A stretch of DNA of 64,000 bases from Lytechinus pictus (GCF_037042905.1 NC_087263.1:14138001-14202000); one strand, 5' to 3'. Shown: positions 1 to 12,508, counted from the stretch's first letter. The notes: a model not told the origin generated them from the sequence alone. Translations and numbers: made by a program.

Positions 1-355
1 TCTTAGAGTGAATTTGCTGTTCATCACATACATGTAGGCTGGGGGTACATTAGCCCCGGGAACATTACCAACACTTTGTGCTCAGGCTGCCGTAGTGAGG
101 GGAACATGTTTAGTTTAGCATGAGTGATGTTTCTATGTATGTAGTTCAAGTTGTGATGTGATTTTTACTGTTTATAGGGCAATTGTAAAACTATCTTCTT
201 TTATACTCTCTCCATGTAATGCTCTTCCTATCATTTAACATGGAAATTAATTGAAAATGCGTAATTGCTTTCACCTTTCCTTCAATAGGAATTTCCCTTT
301 TAATATGTATGAAATTAATAACATTTTTTTCTTGTAATGTTACTTCTTTTTATAG

Positions 356-469
356 GTTCTAATGAGCGACAAGGGTCAAAGTTCGCTGGGCGAGCTCGGC
401 CTGCCGACAACGGGAAGGAATCTATTCAACCTGCAAGACAAAGATGGCACCCAGCCAGTCCCTATACAG
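356..469 (+). CDS. USP47: USP47 coding exon (first in window; gene is 5'-partial)
   Basis: Polypyrimidine tract + tatag acceptor. Encodes VLMSDKGQSSLGELGLPTTGRNLFNLQDKDGTQPVPIQ, resembling the vertebrate USP47 N-terminal KNFLHLTDKDGEQP segment. Donor gtctct is weak but phase 0 matches the next exon. Confidence 0.8.
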
Positions 470-1247
470 GTCTCTTTCATTGTTCATATTTAATAATCTA
501 CCATCACGAAACAAAGTTGCATGACAAAAGAGACCACATTTTGTGGTCAGCATCTGGGTTATAACTTCTGTTGTAAAAAAAGCCTTGGATAGATATAACA
601 GTGATAAACAAAATCATAATTAGCATGTAGCATCACCAAGAGAGGGTGCTACATGTAAATCACTTTTTATTTAGCCCTGAATAGATAAAAAAATTGATGG
701 TAATTTTAATCACTGAAGAGGGGTGATAATATATAGATTTTTATGCCTCTGCCCACCATACATGTAGGTCTTGCGGGAGGCATCATACAAAGATGCAATA
801 TTTCAGGCTTTTGCCTGATTTCAGTCCCTGACGACTTCCCATCTCAGGGTTATTCACAATAACACATTAAGGGTTTCTTCTCAGGCCCCGTCGGCAAAAC
901 TGACTTGCATCCCTGATTCTGTTTCCTGGTTGTCCAATCGTCCATTTTTCCATCCGTCCATTTCGTTTCTGTTCTTGGGATAACTCAGGAACCATTCGGA
1001 TCATGTATACTGTACATATGGGAGTGACAATGAAATAGCTTTCACCAATAAATGAATCTAGAGAACTTTTAGTTTAATCTTTCTTCAAAGTTTATAGCAC
1101 CTTGAACCCACCTCTGCTACAGAACAGTACCTTCAGTTTTATAATTTCCTTTAGGAATGATTTTGAGGCTACCTTACCAAGTACCAAATCCCAAGTTGGT
1201 AGGATTGATGCCAATCTTATGTTTTTTTGTTTTGTTTTTTAAAACAG

Positions 1248-1416
1248 GCTGGGGCAAGTGGAACCACGACATCTCCTAGCGACATCGATGCCTTGAACCT
1301 AGCGACAGATGATACAAGTCCGATCATCACAGCGACTTCTGATACGAGCTCGCTCTCATCAGATTACTCCTCGTATGTCCCTTACTCCTCTGCGGTCATT
1401 GGACGATCGGAAACCG
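1248..1416 (+). CDS. USP47: USP47 coding exon 2 (Ser/Thr-rich linker)
   Basis: aaacag acceptor, G|gtaag donor. Encodes AGASGTTT...SSDYSSYVPYSSAVIGRSETG, leading into the Cys box. Confidence 0.9.
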
Positions 1417-2349
1417 GTAAGGGTCCTGTGTGATGGAATTATCAGTAACGACTGGATGGCTCCTTTGTTATCAGCCAATCAGATGCTACAATTTCAATAG
1501 CTTTTAACAGTTATCGTAATTATATGCCTTTGCACTCTAGGTGTCACTATCAGAGGCTTTACATTTTCTAGTATCTGCCTGCCCCCCTTCAGTCATGTAC
1601 TTGTAGGAGACATAATTTTATGGTATTACATGTAGATGATCTCATTGGTTTTGGGGTAGCAAGGTCAAAGGTCACACAATTGATGAAGGTCATACATGTA
1701 GATGGTCATGAATTTGGAAAATGCCTGGTTTAGGGGTATGAATGTCAGTTTGTGGAGGTCGGAATGTGTATACCATGTATGAATTTGCTTTTCACAATAT
1801 TTTTCATACATGTACATGCAATTAACATTTTCGGCCTGGAATTTTGTGTTTTGCGTAAAATTATGCGAGTTCTGTGTACCTTGCGAAATCTTTGGGATTT
1901 TTATATTCTCTATAGTGGAAAACGAGGGACTTTTTTAAATTTAACTTTTAATTGTATCTGTTTTACGTTTTTGGCCTGGAATATTCTTTTTTATGAAATT
2001 CTGTGAATCCTGTGTTTTGCGAAATATTTGGAATTTTTTATTCTCTATCATGGAAAACTGGGGAGTTTGATCTATCCTTTCATCTGTCCTATTGTAGGTT
2101 TTGTCATAAGTCTCCTCATTTGCATACCGACCTGGGTGGTGTTTCATATTAAAAGCTGTTCGTAAAGTTACGCACGACTGAAATCTGTTCTTAGGCGCTA
2201 AATCAGTTACATAGGGATATAGCATTTAGCACAAGAAATGGTCACCAGTCGTGCGTAAAGTCATTTGTAACTTACGAACAGCTTTGTGAAACGGGCCCCA
2301 GGATGTGTGTATAACTATTTTGTGAAAGCGAAGCTTTGAAATGTCATAA

Positions 2350-2565
<216 letters not shown>

Positions 2566-2724
2566 TAAGTACTCTGGCAAGATCATTGTTAGTTCTGTAC
2601 ATGATAGGGAGACAAGAAAGACAGTTCTCATGAGCAGGTGGTCCTTTTATTATTTGGGGGAGGGGCTGAGTCAATAGACTTGAGAGATCAGTCTGACATT
2701 CAAGCAAATGCATTCCACATGAGG

Positions 2725-2997
2725 TGAAGTGATGTGGCTCAGTGGATCAGTCTCCGGACTTTGAACCACAAGGTCCAAATTCCAAACCCCACCACAGTAC
2801 TCGCGTCTTTGGTTAGGCGTTTATCTGCATTTGCCACTCTCCACCCAGATGATGTAAATGGGTACCCGGTAGGAAGGAATTCCTTGAATGCTGGAGCATC
2901 CGATCAAGATAGCCGTGTTAAAGCTGGGGTAATAGTATGCAGTGCTTGAAAACATTTGGTTTAAGCGCTATATAAATGTTGCATATTATTATCATTA
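2725..2997 (+). mobile_element. tRNA-derived SINE
   Basis: A box tggctcagtgg, degenerate B box, central core ccacccagatgatgtaaatgggtacc, 3' tail aagcgctatataaatgttgcatattattat. Confidence 0.8.
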
Positions 2998-3304
2998 TAT
3001 ATCTCTGTTTCTTTTTTGGGAGTACACCAATGGTGCAGTCATATTTTCCCTTGCAGTGTCCATACGGTGAGTTGAAAATAGCCGTTTGAACATTTTTGTA
3101 CCAGCTACATATAGGTGGTGTGAATGAAAATAAATAAAAGGGCTGCTTTTCGACTCGCTGTGTGGGCTCCGCAGCAGACATATGACTGCAGCATTACACA
3201 AAAGACAAGCCATCAAAAACCATTCTCCCTCCAAGACTTTGTCTAAGATAAGTCTGTCATTGCAACATATATATTCGAAATATATGTATACTTGTTTCTT
3301 TAAG

Positions 3305-3450
3305 ATGGGAGTACACCGACACACAAGAGGAACGGTCTAAGAGCATCCCGTATCAGCTCCAGCGCCTCTTCATCCAGCTTCAGACGAGCAAGAAAAGGTC
3401 GATAGAGACGACAGACGTCACACGCAGCTTTGGGTGGGACAGCAGTGAAG
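3305..3450 (+). CDS. USP47: USP47 coding exon 4
   Basis: [48 protein letters not shown]. taag acceptor, gtatgg donor, phases match neighbours. Confidence 0.96.
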
Positions 3451-3742
3451 GTATGGTACCATACCTGCCAAGTGTTTCTATTTTATAGCAATATTTTGAT
3501 TTTGGAGTTTGGAGAAAAGAACATTTTAGACTGTGAATTCCTATTTCTGTGAAATGTGATATCATTATTCTGAAGAAGCTCTATGGGTGAAATATTGATA
3601 TGAAAGCAAATACAAATCAGCCTTTTATAGCACCGCCTCAAGTCCTCAACTACTCAAAATTTGGCCAGGTTCCAACACCTTATGCAATATTCTTAGAAGT
3701 CTAGTCTTATATTATAGGCCAATTTGAATGATGACACTCTAA

Positions 3743-4225
3743 GACCCCTGTTACACCAGATTTCCTACCTGAGACCAGTCTCTGGGTTCCCAGAGACTGG
3801 TTTCCAAAAAGTTGACCTAAATTTTGGACCCCCTATTACACCGGAATCTTAAGGAGTCTCGGTGCGCCCCGAGACAGCTTTCTGTGCGTTTACACCGACT
3901 TACATGTACCAAAGCTATCCGAGATAGGTTTGGCAGGGCGCCAAGCACGCACTGTGTTTGTTGTTTGGATAATTGTCCCACGTGTAGCGCATCAAGCGAA
4001 CCTGTCTCAGACCAGTCTCGGGCAGGTTTGCGTTTACACCGAATCTAAAGCAGTCTCGGGCGCCCCGAGACCAGTCTCAGAACATATCGCGAGGTGGTTG
4101 GAGATAGGTAGGTTTGCTCAGAAGGGGTCTCGGGTAGGTTTGTGCAATTACACCGGATTAGAAACCTTCCCAAAACTGGTCTCGGGGCGCCCCGAGACTA
4201 CTTAGGAAATATGGTGTAACAGGGT
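3743..4225. mobile_element. PIF/Harbinger-like MITE
   Basis: TIR ccctgttacacca.atttcct / aggaaatatggtgtaacaggg, TAA at both flanks, internal gagaccagtctc repeats. Confidence 0.7.
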
Positions 4226-4349
4226 TTAATTCACTACTCATTACATTCACACCGCAATAATTAGATTCCAAAGTTGTAAAATTACAGTAGTACTTTTCCT
4301 CTCAAAAGATTTTAGTTTCTCTTTTTTTTTTTTTTTTTTTTTTTAATAG

Positions 4350-4489
4350 CTTGGCAGCAGCATGATGTGCAGGAGCTGTGTAGGGTCATGTTTGATGCTC
4401 TGGAAAAGAAATGGAAGAACACGGATCAGAGTGATCTAATAAACCAGCTATACCAGGGACAGATGAAGGATTATGTCAAGTGTTTAAAG
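4350..4489 (+). CDS. USP47: USP47 coding exon 5 (QHD box)
   Basis: [47 protein letters not shown]. Poly-T + aatag acceptor, gtaaat donor. Confidence 0.96.
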
Positions 4490-5300
4490 GTAAATGTGAA
4501 CAGGTGCCTCTGTAGATATATTGCCCTATGTACATTGTGAATATTGAATGACATACTTATAAACCAGCTCTACGACAGTCAGTAAGATGAAAGATTATGC
4601 CAGGTGTTTAAAGGTAAATGTGAACAGGTGCCTCTGTAGATATATTGCCCTATTCACATTGTGAATATTGAATGACGTTCATATTAACCAGTTGTACCAG
4701 GGTCAGATGAAAGACTATGTCACATGTGTAAAGGCAAATGTGAATAGGGGCCTCTTCCGCAATTCCTACACAAATAAGATTTATTGACCCATTCACACTG
4801 AATATTAAATAACGTACGAATGAATTAGCTCCCCAGTGTCAGGTGAACGATTGTCAAGAGTTTAAAAGTTAACATAAACAACGGGATCATCCCCACTGCT
4901 TTTTGCACAGGATCTAATCGAGGATACACACTGTGAATGTACTTAATCAAAATGAAGGTTATTGGAAGTGTGTGAAGTAAGATTGAATTAATGTTCTGAA
5001 TATGATTATCAACCCTTATTTTCCTTTCATATCATAAACTGAATTGTTGGAGAAATTCCATTCTTTTTTATTTTTTACACACATTGTTGACATGAAAGTG
5101 CAAGAATTAATATTTTCTTTGACATATTATAATCAACTTTAACCATTCCCATTCACTCGGTATTACAAAACTTAACCCATAATCAGTCTTATTCTTTTTT
5201 TTACACACATGGCATCTAATAATATATTATGAAAATTATTCCATTCCCCTTTCACATTATGAACTTAACCCTGGAACCAATTCTATTCTTTTACATACAG

Positions 5301-5390
5301 TGCGGGTATGAAAGTGCAAGATCCGATGCATTCCTGGACATCCCGCTGGTGATCAGACCGTTTGGTGCAAACAAGGTCTACAGCAGTGTT
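5301..5390 (+). CDS. USP47: USP47 coding exon 6
   Basis: CGYESARSDAFLDIPLVIRPFGANKVYSSV. tacag acceptor, gtgagt donor. Confidence 0.95.
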
Positions 5391-6026
5391 GTGAGTACCC
5401 ATTTGTTTCCTATTACACCTGTTGGCGATGGAGTGATGCAACCAGGGGGTGGGTTTCACAAATCCGTTCTAATTCTAAGTTCATGAGTACCCCCTGGTAT
5501 CATAATAAATTCTACAGTACCTGAAAAGGGACTGTTTATGTTTAAATGGGTCCTGAGTATGATGCCAAAATCAGTTGACTTTCTTTAGATAAGTGGCTTG
5601 ATCACTTGATGCCTTTAAATTCTCTGGTACTGGTAGCAACCAAAAATAAAATGTTCAAAGAATTAAAAAACAAAACTTACAAAGAATTATAACTTACAAA
5701 GAATTATAAAAACCATGAAAAATTATATCTGCTAAACAGTTTTTCAGGAAAATGTACAACTACAGTTACTACAGAGTAATGAGAAAATAAGATCATAAAA
5801 ATTACTGAAAAATCCCTGTACATTTATAGTATGGTCCCACGTGTTGTTTCCTGTGTTAGCTGCTCCAGGAAAAACATGTAATAAAATGAAAATCATTTCA
5901 AGCAAGCCTGAATTATTTCAATTAAATGTTGCTATCCTAATCTGGATTATGGTGAACACTGTAGGATTATTTCCAACTATTTCCATTCAAAATTGGATTT
6001 TTATACCAGAACTTGAACTTAGCTTG

Positions 6027-6317
6027 TGGAGCGTTGTGGCCCAGTGGATTAGTCTTCTGAATTTGAAACAGAGGGTCGTGGGTTCGAATCCCGGCCATGG
6101 CGTAATTTCCTTCAGCAAGAAATTAATCCACACTGTGCTGCACTCAACCCAGGTGAGGTGAATGGGTACCTGGCAGGAATGTATTCCTTGAAATGCCACC
6201 GCGCTGTAAAAGGCTGCGGGGCTAAAGCCCGGGTAATAATATCCAAGTCCTTTGGAAGCGCATAGGAACGTTATGACATAATGTGATATGCGCTATACAA
6301 GAACTGCATTATTATTA
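6027..6317 (+). mobile_element. tRNA-derived SINE
   Basis: A box tggcccagtgg, B box ggttcgaatccc, core acccaggtgaggtgaatgggtacc, (ATT)n tail. Possible TTAGCTT target duplication at 6019 and 6318. Confidence 0.88.
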
Positions 6318-6390
6318 TTAGCTTTAAGCTTATCATCTTACTTATAATTTTACTTTGATAATCTTTTTCAAATATTTTTCTCTCCGGTAG

Positions 6391-6584
6391 GATGAAGCAT
6401 TGCAAGCCTTTGTGGAGCCCGAGACTTTGGACGAGAGCAACCAGTATTTCTGTGAAAAGTGCAACATGAAATGCGACGCTCACAAGGGACTCAAGTTTCA
6501 ACGCTTTCCTTACCTCCTCACCCTACAACTCAAACGATTCGACTTTGATTATAGCACAATGCATCGCATCAAACTCAACGACAA
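6391..6584 (+). CDS. USP47: USP47 coding exon 7 (fingers subdomain)
   Basis: [64 protein letters not shown]. gtag acceptor, gtgagt donor. Confidence 0.97.
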
Positions 6585-7057
6585 GTGAGTTTGTATACCT
6601 TTGCTTCTATAAAGTACAGTCAAACCTATATCTATTAAGGCTACCCAAGGTAGGGACAGTGACTAACCGTTCAAATTTTTTTTCCCCATTTATGAAAACT
6701 TGCAATCTGTTAGAAACTTGATCTGAAATGGAAATTCTGTTTTGTCATAGAAAATGTACACAGCAAATACATGAATTTCTTTTTGCAAAAGGTAAATTCA
6801 ATGAATTTTCACATGAAAAGCGAAGAACCAAAACTAATTTTCTTGTTTGATTTAACGGTAAACAGAAAATCATGCCCCCTTCCAAGGAAAACAGAAAAAG
6901 TGGCCACTGGAGTCAGGTGGCCTTTATCAACAAAATTTATAGCACATTCTTTTTCTTGGAAGAGGTCATTGTTCCTTCAAATAGAATGTGAATAATCATG
7001 GAATATCCCATAAAATGTTTCTTTGTTTTTCTTTTATAATGATTATGGTATACTTAA

Positions 7058-7447
7058 AGGTAAAACAAACCAGTAGTTGCAGCAAACAATTATTTCATGT
7101 GAAAGTCTATTATATCAAGGTCAATTGTCAAAATATTATATATCTAGATCTTGTACATTAATGTAAACTTATCTTTATTGAATCATGAAATCTTAGCTCA
7201 AAATTGATAATTCTGATGATCAAAAACACAGAAAGGTGTATGTGGGACAGTGTATTGATATTGCTTCGAAAAATATGCCACATTTGATGGAATTTCATGC
7301 TTATTTTGCTAATTTTTCAGCAATTACACATTTCTTCCAGAAACATGTGGCACATTTTTTTATTAATACATACAAACACTTTGGTGGTAATTTCATTAGA
7401 TTCTGTTTGAACTCATTTTGAGATGTTACCACAACTGGTATTTATCT
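7058..7447. mobile_element. TTAA-flanked (Kolobok-like) MITE; relatives at about 18660-19040, 30264-30700, 54464-54800
   Basis: TTAA|AGGT...ATCT|TTAA, and shared internal sequence (gtgggacagtgtatt, gatttcatga) among the four copies. Confidence 0.7.
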
Positions 7448-7576
7448 TTAATTACAACTCTACTGCATTAGAATTGGTGAATGGCCCTCTGAATTTTATT
7501 TTCTTTCATGTTATACTGAAATTCATAAGTAGTGGATTGATGGTGATTGGTCTGTTTTGCTTCGCTTTTGATACAG

Positions 7577-7676
7577 AATGACGTTTCCTGAGATCCTTGA
7601 CTTGAATGCATTTGTGGTAAATGAGGCCGACTCACAAGGGGAACCCCCTACACAGACGACGACGGTTCAAGCATAC
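7577..7676 (+). CDS. USP47: USP47 coding exon 8
   Basis: MTFPEILDLNAFVVNEADSQGEPPTQTTTVQAY. tacag acceptor, gtaagt donor. Confidence 0.92.
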
Positions 7677-8019
7677 GTAAGTTGGGATCACTCCAAGATA
7701 CATTACATTCTTCCATAGGGCCGTCCTGTATCCTTCAGACTTGAAGATTAATACAGGCAATTTGCACGTTTGGTGCTTTTGCTCAATGGTGAAGTTGAAC
7801 AAAAATAATCTCCTGTGCGAGTAAAAAGAAGTGGTGGGCTCTTTAGGCTGCCTTCATCACCATCAGTCTCTGCCGGAAGGTCTTGATTGATGGGGCATTC
7901 TTCAATTAAGTGTGTACCTATGACCCCCTATGTCCATAGGCTAGCAAATTTGCCTGTTCGGCTTAATTGAATGACTTGACATATGATAGATATCAGCCAA
8001 TTTGGTGGATTCACAATAC

Positions 8020-8337
8020 GGTATGCCATCTATTGGTTGCAGCGGACAGGCTAATTTCTAATCTGGGTCAACATCACACGCAGGCACAGTGCTAGTGTAT
8101 TGTAATGGGACTGGGATGCTTCAAAACTGAAAACCTGGCAAAAGCGGAGGAAGAATTCACCGTAAACGGTCTTAATTTCGCAATTAAATATGCGGCAAAT
8201 TTCTCTCCCATCTCCTCGACCCTGGTAAACAGAGTAATTTTGTGCAAGCTGTCCGATCCGCGTCGGCCAGTGCAGCATTTTTCCCATAAGGCACTGCAAA
8301 TTTCATCCTGTCCGCTGCAAACACTAGGTGGCGCACC
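8020..8337. mobile_element. MITE
   Basis: Inverted ends gccatcta.tg.ttgcagcggacagg / cctgtccgctgcaaacactaggtggc. Confidence 0.6.
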
Positions 8338-8450
8338 AAATTGTGAATCGACCGAATTGTTTTATTTGAATCCATATCACCAATGTATTTGGATGCTGGT
8401 TTTTGACTGCATTTGAAAACAATTCTCCTTGTCTTGTTCTAACTGTATAG

Positions 8451-8698
8451 GTGGAAGGGGAGACACAATCCGACAGCGGAGCGGAGAACGAGGACGGGAG
8501 CCCCAGCAGTCAGAGCCAAGAGAATTCCCTAGAGGACGCCCTCGACGAGGGGATCGTCATGGAACAGACGTCGACGGCAATGACCAATCACAGGAACGAA
8601 CAAGAGAGACAGACGAGGGGGCCCTTCATGTACGAGCTCTTCTCCATCATGGTGCATTCTGGGACGGCATCTGGGGGACATTATTACGCCTATATCAA
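8451..8698 (+). CDS. USP47: USP47 coding exon 9, catalytic His box
   Basis: ...SDSGAENE...DEGIVME...YELFSIMVHSGTASGGHYYAYIK. tatag acceptor, gtgaga donor. Confidence 0.96.
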
Positions 8699-9336
8699 GT
8701 GAGAATGGTTATTATTTCTATTGGCAGCTGCAAAAGCTATACCCAGATTCATATCTTTAAAACTGACCATGAAAGTTCATTTTGATTAAATCAAGAAAAC
8801 GAAAATGATTTTTGTGGATGTCCAATGAGGATTTTGTCAGTTTTTACCAATTTCAGGTACTCAGATCTTGACAACTGTCCTTGGTTTTGATTGGCACAGA
8901 AGCACACAGGTGTCTTGCCTTTACTAGAGAATGACAACTTTCTCGAGACCGTCTCCTGTTTTCAAAGGGGGATGAAGTCCTACCATTTTTTCAGACGAAA
9001 GAGGTCTATTCAAGGCCCGGCAACTGAGCTTAGCGATTGATTTTTGGCTGATATATAAATTGATTGCATTGATAAATATGACCAATTGTTAAAAAGAAAA
9101 AAATCAACCACATGATTGATTGCTGAGCTGTTAGGGGGCCAGAGATATTCTAAGAAAATCTTTCCATATGCTCCAGTATATACTGCTTTTAAAAAAAAAA
9201 GTCAATCCTTTCATTTGTATTGGAAATGAAATAAAGAATTGAATTGAATTGAAAGAAAAGAGATGGAAGTAAACATGTCACACAATCCGCATGGTATGTA
9301 ACATCCCCTCTTACCTTTCATCTTATCTACCCCTAG

Positions 9337-9524
9337 ATCCTTTACTGATGGTCAGTGGTACTGTTTCAACGACCAGCACGTAACACGGATCACCTACGAC
9401 GATATCCGTAAGACCTACGGCGGAGAGCCGACGCACTACCGGGGCTACTACTCCAGTTCTTACACCAGCTCAACCAACGCGTACATGTTGATGTACAGGC
9501 AGATTGACCCCCTTCGCAATGCTA
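9337..9524 (+). CDS. USP47: USP47 coding exon 10 (end of catalytic domain)
   Basis: [29 protein letters not shown]...[19 protein letters not shown]. ctag acceptor, gtgagt donor. Confidence 0.96.
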
Positions 9525-9569
9525 GTGAGTGATAGTATACAGATAATACGCATCTTTGAGGGCATTAGT

Positions 9570-9993
9570 ACACAAATAATGCACGTAAGCGCGTGCATGC
9601 AGGACCAAATAATGAACGATGTGCGAGAAGAGCCAATGGATATACCGCACCGAGGTCCGCAGGACTGAGTGCGGTATATCCATTTGGCAAGTCGAGCACA
9701 GAGTTCATTAGTTAGGTCCTCTATGCACAAGAATGCGTGCATTGTTTGTTTTATACACCCCCCCCCCTCCCCATGTTACTGACTTCCCCCAAATGCTATA
9801 TTTGATCTAAATTCTAGATAATTCCAGACCTCGCACTATCCTGCACTCTGACATCAGAGTGCAGGATAGTACTTTTAGTATGACGTCAGAGTGCAAGATA
9901 GTGCATTTTGGATGCAATAGTGCAATTCGCTGAATATCATGTAATTTGATTTGGACCAATCAGATTATAGAACATTCTTGGGAGTTGTATAAT
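9570..9993. repeat. Interspersed repeat, copy 1 (copy 2 at about 22390-22810)
   Basis: Two highly similar ~420-bp copies (aaataatgcacgtaagc...ggaccaatcagatta...gagttgtataata) with an internal gcactatcctgcactctgacgtcagagtgcaggatagt palindrome. Confidence 0.85.
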
Positions 9994-10002
9994 AATTTCT
10001 AA

Positions 10003-10171
10003 TACCTCGGTCACATTTGCTCTACGGCGGCCGTACAGCGAGTCGAAAACAGCCTTTTTATTCATTTTTATTCAAACCACATATATGTACATGTAGCTGG
10101 TACAAAAAAATGTTAAAACCGCTTTTTTCGACTCACCGTGCGGCCGCTGTAGAGCAAATGTGACCGAGGTA
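10003..10171. mobile_element. Short palindromic MITE (diverged inverted copy at about 3034-3190)
   Basis: TIR tacctcggtcacatttgctctac / gtagagcaaatgtgaccgaggta. Confidence 0.85.
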
Positions 10172-10175
10172 CAAG

Positions 10176-10582
10176 GTTTATTTCCATTTGGTCTAATGCC
10201 TATTCATCCAATTGCCAAGTCTTGTACAATCATTTGGTCTACCATCAGTTCATCCATTATCCACATGGTCTAACTGCCATTTGTCTAATAACCAGTTGGT
10301 CCAGTACCCATATAGTCCATATACCATTTGGTCTAATTGGACTTAGTGTTACATGTAATTGGGCAAAATGAATGGAAATATAATGGATATTAGACCAAAT
10401 GGTTATAGGACAAAATGGTAATAGATGTACTGGTGATTAGGTGAAGTGATGATTGGACCAAATGGTTGTTGGACCAAATTTTTGATAGACGTAATGTTGA
10501 TGGATGGAATGGCATTAGACTAAATGAAGGTAGACCATGTGGTGAGTGGACGAGTTGGCAGTAGACGAATTTGCAATTTACC
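10176..10582. mobile_element. TIR element with internal TTGGTCT/TAGACCA repeats (relatives at about 15110-15480, 38930-39070, 59221-59606)
   Basis: Ends ggtttatttcca / ttgcaatttacc. The copy at 59221-59606 is in the opposite orientation. Confidence 0.7.
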
Positions 10583-10722
10583 ATTTCTAATTGGTTGAAA
10601 ATTAAGTTTTGTATGATTTTAATAGTAGTGTATGATTTGCAACTCTATCTGCGAAAATGTTGATGGAATGCTTCCAGGTTTCTTTGATCCTAAGAGATTG
10701 ATTGAAACAGGAGTTCCAGACT

Positions 10723-11037
10723 CAGGGTTCTCACAGTCATGGAAAAACCTGGAAAAATTTGTGGTCATGGAAAGTCAGGGAAAAGTCATGGAATTGTGTT
10801 CAAGATAATTTTGAATCTTGGGTGTTGGTGAAATGAAAACGGTACCCTGGTCTGAAACAGCCCATATATATACTAATGATAATAGATGTACATGTCATGA
10901 GTAAGATAGTGGGTGGAACGGATGGCTGTGAGGGGAGGTGGAGGCCATCATAACGTGTCTGATTTGGGAAACTGTGCCAGAAAGGAAGTCATGGAAAAGT
11001 CATGGAAATCTGTTTTCAAATTTCTGTGGGAACACTG
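10723..11037. mobile_element. hAT-like MITE (second copy 32230-32570)
   Basis: cagggttctcaca / tgtgggaacactg termini, with subterminal gtcatggaaa repeats. Confidence 0.75.
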
Positions 11038-11093
11038 CAGACTGTATTTTATGTATCACTGTCATCACCATCTTATTGTTCTACTCTGCACAG

Positions 11094-11206
11094 GTTTCCT
11101 GAATGCGGAGAACTTCCCGAGTCACATATCACACCTCTCCACGGGACTCTACCAGGAAGAAGAAGAGGAGAAGAGACAGAGAGAGATAGAGAGAAACACA
11201 TGCAAG
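11094..11206 (+). CDS. USP47: USP47 coding exon 11
   Basis: FLNAENFPSHISHLSTGLYQEEEEEKRQREIERNTCK. cacag acceptor, gtcagt donor. Confidence 0.94.
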
Positions 11207-11264
11207 GTCAGTTACCCCTTATGCAAAATTTGTATTAAGTTTATCTTTATGTATACCTTGTTGA

Positions 11265-11556
11265 AATGCTCCCCATGGAGTGAAGAAATTGCATACAGGG
11301 TGTACGCACCAAATTTTCATGACAATGCTCTCTTGGGAGTGGAGAACATGCATGTATTGTGTGTGGGCAAGCCAGAATCCATTGACAATGTTCCCAGGGA
11401 GTGGAGAAAGTGATGCACTGTGTGTCTAAGCTAGAATCCCATGACAATGCTTCTGAGGGAGAGGAGAATGTGCAAACTTTGTGTGTTGGCAAGCCAGATT
11501 CTGTGACGATGCTCCCTTGGAAGTGAAGAAAGTGCATACATTGTGCGTGGGCAAAG
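11265..11556 (+). repeat. Degenerate ~60-bp tandem repeat, about 5 copies
   Basis: Repeated catgacaatgctcccc.gggagtggagaa.gtgca...tgtgtgtgggcaagccagaat. Confidence 0.75.
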
Positions 11557-12403
11557 TATGTTTAATTGGATGTAAAAACTTGATAACATAATTTGATCAA
11601 GAACACTTAGGGTGCATTCAACTTTCATGAAATGAATAGTCAGTGATTGGCATTATTGTGCCGAGCCAATCAGGTGCAGTGATTTGAACCCTTAATTAAT
11701 TGGGCGGTCGTGACCCTCACTTTGAATTATTTGCAGATATCAAGATTATCAACAAAGTGAAGGAATACATGTATGACATTTGAAATGAGTGATCTCATAT
11801 TCTCATGATTCGAGCCCAGCCATGTCATTGGCACCTTACTCCGCTGGTACCCGGCCTGGCCCTGGCTGATGTTGTTTAGCTTCCCGTACAAACGATAATC
11901 TCAAATTTTTTCTTAAAGCTACTGTTTTGACGGATGTAAATTTCAACAATAGCTTACGCATAGTCACTATGCGATGGCCTTGTATTATTGCACAAGCCTC
12001 TTTGGTAGGGTAGTTTATTTTGTTCATTTTATATGCTAAAACCTTATAAATGAAGGCCAATCGTCAATGAAATTATAAACTGAAGTTATGGACTAAATAT
12101 CTCTAAAATGACGTTATTTTTAAAGGTTACCTGATATCTAAAACCCTTGCTTTTCGAATCACATGACTTGAAGCTAATATTCCTGCTTTTCGGATATATA
12201 TGCGTTCATGGTGAAGCCGGTATTCCGGCTTATCGGGTTCAAAGGGTTAAGTAATTCATAACAAATAATGAAAGTCGCTATTTGTTTTTATGAGGTGCTC
12301 CCTTGCTAATAGGTTAAAACCATCCTGGGTATCATGAAAGGTTGTGCTGAAAATCTTCAAAATCTGACCGGCATTTTCTTCTTGTTAATGACGATATCCC
12401 CAG

Positions 12404-12508
12404 ATCAAGCTATTTGGAGTTCATCCAGTGACGGGGAAAAGCATTGAGACAAGACTAGAGGTGCATAAGGATAGGACTTTAACGGAGGCTACACAAAGTG
12501 GCCATGAG
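12404..12508 (+). CDS. USP47: USP47 coding exon 12
   Basis: IKLFGVHPVTGKSIETRLEVHKDRTLTEATQSGHE. cccag acceptor, gtaatg donor. Confidence 0.93.
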
